Shown: in pieces, positions 1 through 10,417 of the stretch
How positions within the stretch are numbered: the first letter of the stretch is position 1
How the letters are laid out: the number at the start of each line of letters is the position of its first letter
Source of the DNA: Candidatus Woesebacteria bacterium
GTDB lineage: Bacteria; Patescibacteriota; Microgenomatia; UBA8517
Length of the DNA stretch: 64,000 bases
Reading direction: 5' to 3'
Assembly (NCBI GenBank): GCA_013374835.1
Contig: CP055307.1
Span: forward strand, 10,447 to 74,446
Notes under the pieces: generated by a model
Told to the model about the DNA's origin: nothing
Seen by the model: only the letters and a program-made list of their open reading frames with translations
The model's database searches: none
Program-made: the position numbers and the translations under genes

Positions 1-3000
1 AATGGAGTAACGCTTACCGATAACGGCACGACTGCTTCAGCAGGAGGAAAATTCAAGCTTGGGAGCGAACATATTCCTGCAAATAATGAGTATTTATCAG
101 CTGCTTCTACTATAAGCGGAGTTAAAAGTGTGAGCTTTTGGGTAAATCCAGACAGTAATACTAATTATTATATAAGCCTTACTTCATCGGCATATATTAC
201 ATCCACCTCAGGCACACTTTCTGCCAGCGGATTTAGCGATCCTAAAATTTATGTAAATGGAGTTAAGTCCAGCTCTATTTCAGCTAATACATGGTCTTTA
301 GTAACCGTTACCGACACAACTTCCATTGATGCAAACCAATTTTATGTAGGAAGGCAGGGATCAAACTATTTTGACGGGACCATGGATGAAGTTAGGCTAT
401 ATAATCGTGTTCTTTCGTCTGATGAGGTACGGTGGCTTTATGAATGGGCGCCGGGTCCAGGAGGATATTGGAAGTTCGATGAAGGTACAGGCAGTACGAC
501 CTATGATGTTTCAGGGAATTCAAATAATACAAGCTTTATAAATTCTCCTTTGTGGACAATAGGCAAAATAGGCTCTGCATTAGATTTTAACCCAACAGAT
601 ATGGATTCAGTATCTGTAGCTGGCAATAGTGTAATTTCCCCAACAACTTCTGGAACTATAATGGCATGGGTTAATTCAAATCGCAGTTACCCAAGTGACA
701 CTACTGATTTCAGATATAGAAATATAGTTAATAATTTTTCAAGCGGCAGCTGCACAGGAGCAAATTCATTTATTTTATCATGGACAGGTACAAATTCAGG
801 TGCTGATATTTATGGATGGTTGTGTGACGGGACAAATACTGATTATATTTCCTATTCAACAACTTTTACACCAGGCACTTGGTACCATGTGGCTATGGTA
901 TGGGACGGTGCTTATCAATATATATATTTAAACGGGATAATGGTAAAAAAAGAAACACAAACAATAAATGCACAGAATTCTTCAAATAATGTTAATATTG
1001 GATGCGGCTACGCTTCGACCTGTAATAACTGGGCTTACGCATGGGACGGGAAAATTGATGAAGTAAAAATTTACACTTACGCCCGTTCTCCACAACAAAT
1101 TGTGGAAGATATGAACGCCGGACATCCGACAGGTGGCTCACCTATCGGATCCCAAGTAGCAAGGTGGAAGTTTGATGATATGAATGGTACGACTGCTAAA
1201 GACAGCGGGCCGAATGGACAAAACTTGACACTTGTTAATACTCCCACCTGGACTTCTTTGGGCAAGCTTGAAGGGGCGCTTTCGTTTGCCAGTGCTTCGA
1301 GTGAATATGGATATGCCGCGGACAGTACTTCCCTTTCAATTACAGGAAGTTTAACCCTTTCGGCATGGATAAAACCAAGCTCAAATACCGCTTCAACATT
1401 CTATGATATTGCAGGCAAGTGGGATGGAACGAATGAAAGCTATCTTTTAACGCAATATGGGGATGAAATACGCTTTTATATTGATAGCAGCAGTGGGTAT
1501 ATAGAAACAACTACCGCAAACCTTGCTACAGGAACCTGGTATCATGTGGCGGGTGTTTATGATTCTGTGCTTCAAACTATGAAGATTTATATAAATGGTG
1601 TAGCGCAGTCAACTACTTCAACTACAGTGCCATCTTCAATTGGGGACGACGGAGGGAGATTCCATGTAGGTGCGAGCCATTCAACCGGCGGCAGCCCTTC
1701 AAATTTTTATAACGGTGTAATTGACGAAGTACACCTATATAATTCGGCCTTGAGCGATTCGCAGATTGCTATTGATTATAATTTCGGATCTGCAGTTAAT
1801 TATTCATCAGGTTATGAAGAAACGGATGATCTGGGAGATGGAGCGGGAAATCCGCCTATCGGCTATTGGCCTTTAGATGAAAACACAGGCACCAGCACTA
1901 CTTACGACAAATCAGGGAACGGCTATAACGGAACTCTAGGGGGTATACAAGAAGATGACTGGGTACCGGGAATGTTCGGCTCAGCTCTGGGCTTTGATGC
2001 AGCAAATGATTATGTACAAATTGCTGATAATGATGTGTTTTCCATAAACAACACAAACGAGATGACTGTGGGAGCTTGGATTAAACCTACTTCTGTATCC
2101 GGCACCACCTATATCGTCAGCAAAAGGTCCTCAAGCAATTATGAATGGCACTTGAACATAGCCTCCGGGTATTTACACGCTCATATATATACTCTTGCTG
2201 GATCTGATTATATGTATGCATTTGCTCCTACAACAATCAATGCCGGTGAATGGCATTACGTTGCATTTACAGCTGATTTAAACGCACCCGACCTTAAACT
2301 ATATATCGACGGGAAAGTGGTTGCCCAAGACACTACCTCTTCAGGAACTTATGGCAATGGCTCAGCCCCAGTCCGAATAGCAGAAGATGCAAACGGCGCG
2401 GGAGATTACAACGGAATAATTGATGAGGTGAAAATATATAATTATGCCCGCACTCAAGCCCAAATTGTCTATGATTATAACCGAGGGAGGCCAGTCGGAC
2501 ACTGGAAGTTCGACGAATGCCAAGGAACAACGGCTTATGATTCAAGCGGTAACGGCAAAAACGGTACTATAAGCCTTGGAGCTACACCTGCCGGCACTTG
2601 TACAGGATCTACAGGTGAGGCTTGGTATGAAGGCGCAAGTGGAAAGATTAATGCAAGCCTTAAGTTTGACGGAAGCGATGATTATGTTTACGTTACTAAT
2701 AACAGCATCCACAATATGGGCTCTGGGGATTTTACATTATCCGCTTGGTTTAAGACCTCAACAACCAGTACGGGAAATATAGTAGGCAAAGGCAGTACTT
2801 ATACCACGGGCAAGAGATACCAAATAAATATTAACGATACGACCGACTGTGCAAGTGGAAAGATTAAAGTTGAGATTGATGACGACACTACAAAAGAATT
2901 CATCTGCTCAACTTCAAGCTCGCTCAACAACAATTCCTGGCATCATGTGGTAATGATAAGAGACGGGAATAATTTGAGGCTTTTTATTGACGGAACTGAG

Positions 3001-3207
3001 GATACGAATTCCCCAAACGACATTACAGGATACGGAAATATAGACAGCAGCCGTGATTTTTATATTGGAGCGATTTATCAGGAAGGACTTGGCATAGCCG
3101 ATTATTACAATGGTTTGGTAGATGACGTAAGACTTTATAATTATGCTCTTTCAGCTAGTCAAGTACGAAAAGTTTATAACACAGAAGCAGCGGTGAGGTT
3201 TTGGTAA
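1..3207 (+). CDS. LamG / concanavalin-A-like lectin repeat protein, 5'-partial: frame 1 is open from nt 1, and the GTG at 130 is only the first in-window start
   Basis: Five repeats of the Laminin_G_3-type signature are visible (…DG.MDEVRLYNRVLSSDEVRWLY, IDEVKIYTYARSPQQI, IDEVHLYNSALSDSQI, IDEVKIYNYARTQAQI, VDDVRLYNYALSASQV), each preceded by a 'W.H.A..' jelly-roll core. There are no stops in frame 1 upstream of 130. Confidence 0.7.
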   Translation, partial: NGVTLTDNGTTASAGGKFKLGSEHIPANNEYLSAASTISGVKSVSFWVNPDSNTNYYISLTSSAYITSTSGTLSASGFSDPKIYVNGVKSSSISANTWSLVTVTDTTSIDANQFYVGRQGSNYFDGTMDEVRLYNRVLSSDEVRWLYEWAPGPGGYWKFDEGTGSTTYDVSGNSNNTSFINSPLWTIGKIGSALDFNPTDMDSVSVAGNSVISPTTSGTIMAWVNSNRSYPSDTTDFRYRNIVNNFSSGSCTGANSFILSWTGTNSGADIYGWLCDGTNTDYISYSTTFTPGTWYHVAMVWDGAYQYIYLNGIMVKKETQTINAQNSSNNVNIGCGYASTCNNWAYAWDGKIDEVKIYTYARSPQQIVEDMNAGHPTGGSPIGSQVARWKFDDMNGTTAKDSGPNGQNLTLVNTPTWTSLGKLEGALSFASASSEYGYAADSTSLSITGSLTLSAWIKPSSNTASTFYDIAGKWDGTNESYLLTQYGDEIRFYIDSSSGYIETTTANLATGTWYHVAGVYDSVLQTMKIYINGVAQSTTSTTVPSSIGDDGGRFHVGASHSTGGSPSNFYNGVIDEVHLYNSALSDSQIAIDYNFGSAVNYSSGYEETDDLGDGAGNPPIGYWPLDENTGTSTTYDKSGNGYNGTLGGIQEDDWVPGMFGSALGFDAANDYVQIADNDVFSINNTNEMTVGAWIKPTSVSGTTYIVSKRSSSNYEWHLNIASGYLHAHIYTLAGSDYMYAFAPTTINAGEWHYVAFTADLNAPDLKLYIDGKVVAQDTTSSGTYGNGSAPVRIAEDANGAGDYNGIIDEVKIYNYARTQAQIVYDYNRGRPVGHWKFDECQGTTAYDSSGNGKNGTISLGATPAGTCTGSTGEAWYEGASGKINASLKFDGSDDYVYVTNNSIHNMGSGDFTLSAWFKTSTTSTGNIVGKGSTYTTGKRYQININDTTDCASGKIKVEIDDDTTKEFICSTSSSLNNNSWHHVVMIRDGNNLRLFIDGTEDTNSPNDITGYGNIDSSRDFYIGAIYQEGLGIADYYNGLVDDVRLYNYALSASQVRKVYNTEAAVRFW

Positions 3208-3221
3208 AATAAAATTAAACT

Positions 3222-5342
3222 TTATACTGAATAATTATCAACCCATATCACATAATCTAGACCATCAACACGGCCATCTTCATTGAAGTCGCCTTGTGAG
3301 GGGCTGGAGACGTTTATGAATCCATAGTTGTCCACCCATATCACATAATCAAGCCCGTCAACCCGCCCATCCCCGTTTGCATCGCCGGGTTTTGAAAAAT
3401 TAATAGGAGTAGGTGTAACTGGAATAGGAATATAATTTCCACCCTGAACTAAACGGATGAATTCACTACCATTAGGCAATTCTTCAACATAAGCATAAGA
3501 TGCACCAATCTTTTTGTATTTAAACCAGTTACCAGTTTTACTTCTATAATAAGCTAAAGCCTCTGGATCCCATACCTCAGGTATATCATTGAAAAGTTCC
3601 ATATCAGTAAATAGTTTGGCTCTTTGCTGACTCCAGATGGCTTTTTCATTGCTTACCTGATAATTACCCACTAAAGAAAGTTCAGGCAAACCTCCGAGAA
3701 GAGCGGAAACAGTATCGTCTGTATTTTTTTCATTGCTTTCACGAGTCCAGGAATAACTACCAGTGAGAGCAACACGGAGGGGATGATTAATTTTTATGGA
3801 ACTGTAATAGCTTTTATAGGTTTCAGCTCCTTGCCAAGTATAAAAGGCGAATGGCATAATCCAAGGAGAAAGATATTCACTCATAATAGCAAAGTCTGGT
3901 TTGTGTACAAGAAAATTAGAGATGGCACTTACCTCCCCTGTAATATAGTCGTGGCCGTCTATAACCTTTTTCCCGGTTGAAAACATAAAGCCATGATCCA
4001 TGCCAAGAATATCCATATAAGCTCCTTGGCTTTTGTGGGTAGCAAGATAATTACCCAGATTTCTAACCAAATAGTTTTGAAATTTAGTTGAGCCAGGGTG
4101 AAGGACATACAAGGATGAACCATCAAAATAATTTACTTTAATATCTGACCAATAATTCTGCCAGTTTTGCGGAGTACTTTCGTAGTCGGGGTTAAAGCTA
4201 TACCCGGGAGGCAGATAACCCTGTGCGGATAATTGAGATAGTCTTGAAGAGGTACCCGAATCTGAATGAATAAGAGTCCAAGGGTGATAAAGAACAATAG
4301 GCATTTGATTAGCATTGAGAAGATTGGTAACCTCAGGAGTAGGCATACCGATCACTCTTGCCAGAGTATGATCACCGAATAAAACAATTCTATCACCATT
4401 CCAAAGGAAAAAAAGGATTTTTTTGGGATCAATGTTAAGCTTACCAGGGTCTTTTAACTCGCTAACTAATTGGCTAGCTCGAGAATAATTGTTTGTGCCC
4501 CAAAACATAGCATGAATATTTCTAACCCAGGGTGAAGTATTTTTCCAAAGAGGCTTTGCACCTGTTCTTTCTTCGAACTTAACACGCCAACGCTTTGCTG
4601 CTTTGTTCCAAGCTTTATATGTGCCAATACGCCATACTGGTGAAACAATTTTTTGAGAATTGGATTCTTTGGGATCGCGGCCGGTATTTAATAAGAGCGT
4701 GTCATAACTATTTTGATGATTTAGATTGATATTGTGAGGTGGATAACTGGTTGTTTCCGCCCAAAAAGCGGCCACGGAGTTATTGCCTTCGACAACTGCC
4801 ATAATTGGAGAGGGAAAGCTACTGTGATTGGAAGAATCATTGGAAGGAGGATCGCCTCGCTTGTATTTAGCACCACTCCCAAGTATAACTGAGGATTGGG
4901 TAATATTAATAATTGGTAAATCAAGCGATGATGGAATCCCATTACCCAAAGCAGTAAGCTGGATTAAAACCTCACCTGTTGTGTCAATATTGATATCAAA
5001 AATTAACTGCCTAGTCGAGATTGTGTAGATTAATCTGCCTTGGTTCGAATTTAATTTCTGAAATTCAACCGAGCTCGTTTCAGACGGCATAAATCCATTT
5101 GAAAAATATGGCCGATTAACCCAGGCACTGGTTTTAACCAACTCTTCACCTGAAGATATATCCTTAATGAAATTTATAACACCACCTTCGATAGACATTT
5201 CTAACTGAGATGTTTGAATTATGAGAATCTTATTAGCAAATAAAAAGTATTTATCTGATTGAGCTAAAATCTTAGGGGGGTTAAGGAAAATAAGTAAACC
5301 AAGCACCAAATGTAAAATTATACGACAGGTAAATTTTAACAT
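3222..5342 (-). CDS. secreted protein (signal peptide) with C-terminal tandem type-I dockerin-like module; the catalytic/binding domain is unidentified
   Basis: N-terminal hydrophobic signal (LVLGLLIFLNPPKILAQS). The C-terminus reads 'GDANGDGRVDGLDYVIWVDNYG…QGDFNEDGRVDGLDYVIWVDNY', which is two EF-hand-like D-x-N-x-D-G-x-V-D-x-x-D loops each followed by a helix, i.e. the duplicated dockerin architecture. Confidence 0.65.
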   Translation of the reverse strand: MLKFTCRIILHLVLGLLIFLNPPKILAQSDKYFLFANKILIIQTSQLEMSIEGGVINFIKDISSGEELVKTSAWVNRPYFSNGFMPSETSSVEFQKLNSNQGRLIYTISTRQLIFDINIDTTGEVLIQLTALGNGIPSSLDLPIINITQSSVILGSGAKYKRGDPPSNDSSNHSSFPSPIMAVVEGNNSVAAFWAETTSYPPHNINLNHQNSYDTLLLNTGRDPKESNSQKIVSPVWRIGTYKAWNKAAKRWRVKFEERTGAKPLWKNTSPWVRNIHAMFWGTNNYSRASQLVSELKDPGKLNIDPKKILFFLWNGDRIVLFGDHTLARVIGMPTPEVTNLLNANQMPIVLYHPWTLIHSDSGTSSRLSQLSAQGYLPPGYSFNPDYESTPQNWQNYWSDIKVNYFDGSSLYVLHPGSTKFQNYLVRNLGNYLATHKSQGAYMDILGMDHGFMFSTGKKVIDGHDYITGEVSAISNFLVHKPDFAIMSEYLSPWIMPFAFYTWQGAETYKSYYSSIKINHPLRVALTGSYSWTRESNEKNTDDTVSALLGGLPELSLVGNYQVSNEKAIWSQQRAKLFTDMELFNDIPEVWDPEALAYYRSKTGNWFKYKKIGASYAYVEELPNGSEFIRLVQGGNYIPIPVTPTPINFSKPGDANGDGRVDGLDYVIWVDNYGFINVSSPSQGDFNEDGRVDGLDYVIWVDNYSV

Positions 5343-5416
5343 TAATTAAGTATAACAATGACAACAAGAAAAATTAAAAAAATATAAGTTTGATTTTTTT
5401 AAATCTAAACTAAAAT

Positions 5417-6907
5417 TTAAACCAAATAATTATCCACCCAGATTACATAGTCGAGGCCATCTATCTTGCCATCCCTGTTGAAATCTCCCTGAGAAACACT
5501 GGCTCCTGAACTTATACCATAATTGTCAACCCAGATGACATAATCCAATCCGTCAACACGGCCGTCGCCATTAGCATCACCCAACTTAATCTGTGGGGTT
5601 GAGGAAGGGGTTTGCGTAGGACGCGGAGATCCCTCAAAACTAACGAAATCTCCCCTGCTATCTGGGATCGTTATTGAAGTTACTCTATTACCATTTCTAT
5701 CAAAGTATGTTTTGTCTGTTGGAAGCGAAATTGTTTTTGTGCTTCCGGTAAAATTCATATATATCATGCCCTTTGTTGTCTGGCGCTGGTACAAGCGATA
5801 GCCACGAGAACGGCCGGATTCTTGTTCACTTTGGAATTCACCAATTGGATCACCTATTTTGTTACGTATATCCTGAAAAATTTGCGGATTAATTTCTTTT
5901 TTAGTAGTGGCTGATTGTAAACAATGAAAAAAGTTATCTCCTCTTACCATCAAATAGCCTATATATGCTGTACGAACAACATCTTGATTATCAGGTATAT
6001 CGCGGACTCTTAGAAGCGCTACCTTATTTTGTTGGGCAAACCATTTGGTTCGATTCCACCAATCATACAGGGTATCTCGATTAATCGACGACAAATCCAT
6101 CGATGCAAATAAATCCTCGTGCATTATTCCATGAATATCTTTGTAAACATACTCAAATTTACTCCAATCTCCCATAGATCCCATATTTACCATTATCTTT
6201 ACATCGGGGTATTTTGCTTTGATTTTTCTGAAAAAAGTTGCAATATCCTCATAATACTCAGCTGGAGTTTTCCAAAAAGGATCATTCATAACAAGTCCAG
6301 AGCTTCCAAAACGAACAAAATTTCCACTGTCATCAAAAACACCATAGTTACTAGGGCTAAACATTCCATTATCAGAGCCTATCCAATCAGCAGGACCCAG
6401 GGTTGTTTGTCCAGGATAGGCAATTTTTCTGACATATTCATTAACAAAAAAATCGATAAAACGATCATCTGCCACGTCAGCAAGCTGAAAATTGTTACCC
6501 GATGGATAACCCCAAGCTGCATAAACATATCTTGTCTTACCTTGATATGTCGCGGTAACCATTACCGGAGGTCTACCTGCGGCAATCTCAGAATTATTAA
6601 GAGCAATCAGTTTTGAATAAGGAAAACCTGTGTGTCCTCCTGTTTCATCCCAAGTATTAAAATGATGAAAACGTGCGTGTTTAACTTTAAGTCCGTCCGG
6701 AGACATTTTAGTAAAAACATCATTTAAAGCGCCAAAGACTACTGCCCCCATTCCTTTCCAATCATCGTTATAGGGATAAACAAAGATGCTACCTCTCTCG
6801 CTTTTAGTGGGAACTGTTCTTTCTGCTTCTACCGGCTCTACAAGTGCAAACATTAAGGCTATAGATATAACAAGAAGAACAAATAAATTCAGAAGTTTGT
6901 TGCCCAT
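5417..6907 (-). CDS. secreted protein with Pro/Thr linker and C-terminal tandem dockerin-like module
   Basis: Signal peptide (LLVISIALMFALVEPVEA). A 'PRPTQTPSSTPQ' linker is followed by 'KLGDANGDGRVDGLDYVIWVDNYG…QGDFNRDGKIDGLDYVIWVDNY'. Confidence 0.65.
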   Translation of the reverse strand: MGNKLLNLFVLLVISIALMFALVEPVEAERTVPTKSERGSIFVYPYNDDWKGMGAVVFGALNDVFTKMSPDGLKVKHARFHHFNTWDETGGHTGFPYSKLIALNNSEIAAGRPPVMVTATYQGKTRYVYAAWGYPSGNNFQLADVADDRFIDFFVNEYVRKIAYPGQTTLGPADWIGSDNGMFSPSNYGVFDDSGNFVRFGSSGLVMNDPFWKTPAEYYEDIATFFRKIKAKYPDVKIMVNMGSMGDWSKFEYVYKDIHGIMHEDLFASMDLSSINRDTLYDWWNRTKWFAQQNKVALLRVRDIPDNQDVVRTAYIGYLMVRGDNFFHCLQSATTKKEINPQIFQDIRNKIGDPIGEFQSEQESGRSRGYRLYQRQTTKGMIYMNFTGSTKTISLPTDKTYFDRNGNRVTSITIPDSRGDFVSFEGSPRPTQTPSSTPQIKLGDANGDGRVDGLDYVIWVDNYGISSGASVSQGDFNRDGKIDGLDYVIWVDNYLV

Positions 6908-6932
6908 AATTTATGGTAACATAAAATTAAAA

Positions 6933-8216
6933 TCAAGTATTGTAATTATCCACCCAAATAACATAGTCAAGGCCATCGACCTTGCCATCCCTGTTGAAAT
7001 CTCCCTGAGAAACACTGGCCCCTGAGCTTGTACCGTAATTATCTACCCAGATGACATAATCCAATCCGTCAACACGGCCATCGCCATTAGCATCACCCCG
7101 TACAACCAGAGATGTAGCTGTTGGCATGGGAGAAAATGACGGAATTGGAATGCTTGGACAAAAGCTTGGGGAGTTTGGTGCGTTAACTTTAAGCCAACCG
7201 GGGATTATGCTTGCTGAGATGCTGTAAAGAGCACAATGCTGATTTTGATAGATATAGCTGCTACCGCTTTTTGAACCTAGCTGAGAGGAGAACATCCCAT
7301 GACGCCACGGCCACCAAGAAATTGTGTCAGCACCACCTGACTGTGAGACAAGACAAGCCCACCGTTCCATAGTAGATGGGCTTGGCATGTATTCTGCACC
7401 CATGGCTCCTAGAAGCATGTTTATTTTTACATTCGGATCGCGAGATTTAATATAATTTCGCTCTCTTTCAAAAAATATTTGCATTTCTTCTGCCGTATCG
7501 GTTGAAGGATCAGAGTCTTTCTCGTGAGTTTCATAATTAGGATAATCGTGAAGAAGAGCTATGTCTGCCTCCCCCGCTTCAAAGCCACGTTTTATTCCAT
7601 CACCGTTAATATTATCGTACCCCTCCATTTGTATCGCAGATCGGTAGTGAACAAACATTGGCACCCAAGTTCCATCATCTCTCATTGTTATTTCCTTATT
7701 TTTTTGATAAATCTCTTTACGTTGCGCCGTAACAAGATAATTTAGCCTGTTACCAATTCTCCAATCATCCATTACCTGATGATTCATTGTATAAGCATAA
7801 TTTCCTGCTATAGCAGGATGATATTTAAGGGCTTTGTTTGGAGCATATTTGTTATTAACTGGTATTTGATAATTAAAAAGATGATTAAATTTATTATATG
7901 CATCTGTCGGATCAAAAGTTGATCCCCCGAAACCACCCTTTTGATAAAGGGTGTTAAATACCACCTTTATATTGTTATCAGCTGCAGCATTTAAAACTTT
8001 TAAACCTTCGATTGGATCGCTATTATAAAGGGGGTACATTATCCAATTGATTCCGATCGACTTCAAATACGGAAAATCCGAAGTTTCCCAAACGCCATAA
8101 ACACCGTGGTATGTAGAATGCTTGGAGCCAATACACTGCATTGCATATGATTTGTTGGGAGTAATTAAAAAAGTGACAACTAAAATAAATATTATAAAAA
8201 TCAATTTTTTTCTCAT
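6933..8216 (-). CDS. secreted protein, possibly a TIM-barrel glycoside-hydrolase-like domain, with C-terminal tandem dockerin-like module
   Basis: Signal peptide. The C-terminus reads 'RGDANGDGRVDGLDYVIWVDNYG…QGDFNRDGKVDGLDYVIWVDNY'. The dockerin-coding DNA is near-identical to that of the 5417..6907 gene. Confidence 0.6.
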   Translation of the reverse strand: MRKKLIFIIFILVVTFLITPNKSYAMQCIGSKHSTYHGVYGVWETSDFPYLKSIGINWIMYPLYNSDPIEGLKVLNAAADNNIKVVFNTLYQKGGFGGSTFDPTDAYNKFNHLFNYQIPVNNKYAPNKALKYHPAIAGNYAYTMNHQVMDDWRIGNRLNYLVTAQRKEIYQKNKEITMRDDGTWVPMFVHYRSAIQMEGYDNINGDGIKRGFEAGEADIALLHDYPNYETHEKDSDPSTDTAEEMQIFFERERNYIKSRDPNVKINMLLGAMGAEYMPSPSTMERWACLVSQSGGADTISWWPWRHGMFSSQLGSKSGSSYIYQNQHCALYSISASIIPGWLKVNAPNSPSFCPSIPIPSFSPMPTATSLVVRGDANGDGRVDGLDYVIWVDNYGTSSGASVSQGDFNRDGKVDGLDYVIWVDNYNT

Positions 8217-9295
8217 AATTCATAATTATTTATCCAGATTACGTAGTCAAGGCCATCGACCTTGTGGTCGTTATTAAAATCCCCTTGAGAAACACTCTTT
8301 TCTTCTGAATTCATACCATAATTATCTACCCAAATAACATAATCAAGGCCATCGACCTTGCCATCCCCGTTTGCATCTCCCAACTTAGAAGGAGTAATTG
8401 AAGGGCTAGGAGAAATAGAGGGAAAAGTAGTAGGGATAGATGAGGGTGACTGTGTGGGGGTAGAAGTTTGTGTGGGATAGGGGGTAAAGACTGGACTAGC
8501 GGTAGGTAAAGGGGTATGATTTGTATGAGATTGCGAGATAGCAACATCATCGACGTAAATACTTACATGAGAGGGGGAGATGCTGTCTGTATAATTATTT
8601 ACACTCCACTGAATAGGAGTATCTGTAAGGGCTGTATGAGCTGATGGTACGTCAAAAATCTTCTGACCGTCCTGCCAGATAGCTACTCGTCCAGAATTTC
8701 CTGTATCAAGACGATAAAACCCTTCAATTAAAAACCACCTATCCCTAGGTACAGCAATGGGGTTAGTTTGCCGATATATCTTTTTTAAGCTATTACTATC
8801 AGGACGATAATAGAGCATAAGACTTACCGGATTTGTATTACCAGCAGTTCCTGCGTCTAAAGACCACATTGGAGTTGAGACGTTTGATGAACTTAGAGAT
8901 TTCCATTGCCAGATGTTCCACCATGCCCCGGGATTAATATTTGAGGGAATATAGTACCACGCCGAGAAATAGTTTTCTTTTGTAGGAAGCGCTTTCCACC
9001 TAAACAGATAGGCAGCTTGGGATCCCCCAGCAGAGAGGTCGATTTCGAGTGCTACTGCGTATTTTCCTGAATGAACGGGGAAGCTAACAACTGTTGCTTT
9101 ACCACTTACTCCCTGCCTAATAAAATCACCTCCGCCATCAGAATTCCAATCGGATATGTTCCCACTTTCAAAGCCAGTAGACCACAAGACTGAACTTTGA
9201 GCATAAGAGAAGGAAGGAAATAAATAAATACATAAAAATAAAATAAAAGAGATTGATATAAATACTTTTCTTATGTACATAAACAATTTTCTCAA
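8213..9295 (-). CDS. secreted jelly-roll-type protein with PT-rich linker and C-terminal tandem dockerin-like module
   Basis: Signal peptide (ISFILFLCIYLFPSFSYA). A 'PTQTSTPTQSPSSIPTTFPSISPSPSITP' linker is followed by 'KLGDANGDGKVDGLDYVIWVDNYG…QGDFNNDHKVDGLDYVIWINNY'. The stop overlaps the upstream gene's start (ATGA-type overlap). Confidence 0.6.
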   Translation of the reverse strand: MRKLFMYIRKVFISISFILFLCIYLFPSFSYAQSSVLWSTGFESGNISDWNSDGGGDFIRQGVSGKATVVSFPVHSGKYAVALEIDLSAGGSQAAYLFRWKALPTKENYFSAWYYIPSNINPGAWWNIWQWKSLSSSNVSTPMWSLDAGTAGNTNPVSLMLYYRPDSNSLKKIYRQTNPIAVPRDRWFLIEGFYRLDTGNSGRVAIWQDGQKIFDVPSAHTALTDTPIQWSVNNYTDSISPSHVSIYVDDVAISQSHTNHTPLPTASPVFTPYPTQTSTPTQSPSSIPTTFPSISPSPSITPSKLGDANGDGKVDGLDYVIWVDNYGMNSEEKSVSQGDFNNDHKVDGLDYVIWINNYEL

Positions 9296-9319
9296 ACATT
9301 AAGACTTTATTCAAATATA

Positions 9320-10417
9320 TTAAAGATTGAGGGAATCAACTAGCTGTTTGAGCATGGAGACCATAACTGCAGGCGCCATTAGGGATACACTTTCAACGCC
9401 GTTGTCATCCAAAATTCTCCATGGTTTTTCTTTGATATTTACTTTTTTGTTCTTTTTATCATAGCTTAAAATAAATTCAGGAGTAATTTCATAAGGGTCA
9501 AAATATTTACCCACTTCTTTAGCTGGAACGTGATTTCTTAATAAAACCTTTGGAATTCCATGAAGCGAAAATGCTTTTCTTAGTATATCCTCGTCTTTTT
9601 CAAGGCGGGGGCGAATGGGCTCGATACCAAGTTCATCCCCCTCTTTTGCTATCATTCTTTCACCTTTGCAAGAGGGATTGTCACACAGAAGGTAGAATTT
9701 GTGTTCTTTTTCATCGTAGCCTACTTTACTTGTTACCAAAAGTTTTAAGTTTCTTGAAGTTTGGCATTTGGGGCAGATGACGCGGTACTTAATCCGTTCT
9801 GCTATTACCGACTCGGGAATATCAATAAGGACAAAAACATCTGGATCATCACGGTAGTTTATTAAATCCCTGAAATACAGCGAATAGCTCACCTGATCAA
9901 GTTCACGGGGAAGACCGTCGATAAAAAGCACTTTTCCTTCGTGCTCTTTGATATAAAGCTTCATTAGAGCTAGGACAAATTCCGTCGGGAGAAGGTTCGC
10001 AGTAGAACGGCCTTTAAGTGCTTTTACAGCCTCTTCAAAGGATATAAAACCCCGGTAGTAGCTTTTGAGCTCATCTAATTTGTTTTTTGCAATTTTGTCC
10101 CAGTTTGCATCTGCATCACGGACTACATCTCCTACTGAAACGTGGGCTACTTTTTCCTCGCCGAAGATTTCGGTAAAAAGTTTTGAGTAAGTGCCTTTGC
10201 CAGAGTTTTTTTTGCCAAGAAGAAATGCTACAAAAGTGTTTGACTGCATGTAATTTTTGAGGGCTGCTATCTCGCCACCGGCTTTGGCTTCAAAATACTC
10301 ACTTCTCCCTTTTGGGCTATTGATATCAAATTTTTTGTTAAGCCCTTTTACTTTTGTCCCTATTATTGGGAATTCAAGTTTTTTCATCTTAATATTAATT
10401 AGAAATAATTCTATCAA
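9320..10417 (-). CDS. adenylate kinase family protein (NMP kinase) with N- and C-terminal extensions
   Basis: P-loop 'GKKNSGKGT', NMP-binding 'HVSVGDVVRD', 'LFIDGLPRELDQ', LID-domain Zn knuckles 'CPKC…CDNPSC' and 'RDDPD' are present in adenylate-kinase order. At 365 aa it is longer than a canonical Adk. Confidence 0.6.
   Translation of the reverse strand: MIELFLINIKMKKLEFPIIGTKVKGLNKKFDINSPKGRSEYFEAKAGGEIAALKNYMQSNTFVAFLLGKKNSGKGTYSKLFTEIFGEEKVAHVSVGDVVRDADANWDKIAKNKLDELKSYYRGFISFEEAVKALKGRSTANLLPTEFVLALMKLYIKEHEGKVLFIDGLPRELDQVSYSLYFRDLINYRDDPDVFVLIDIPESVIAERIKYRVICPKCQTSRNLKLLVTSKVGYDEKEHKFYLLCDNPSCKGERMIAKEGDELGIEPIRPRLEKDEDILRKAFSLHGIPKVLLRNHVPAKEVGKYFDPYEITPEFILSYDKKNKKVNIKEKPWRILDDNGVESVSLMAPAVMVSMLKQLVDSLNL

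Noticed and set aside
130-3207. The ORF-track start of the first gene at a GTG at 130
   Set aside because: Frame 1 is open all the way to nt 1, and the translated upstream residues continue the LamG-like domain. The gene is 5'-truncated by the window edge and does not start at 130.
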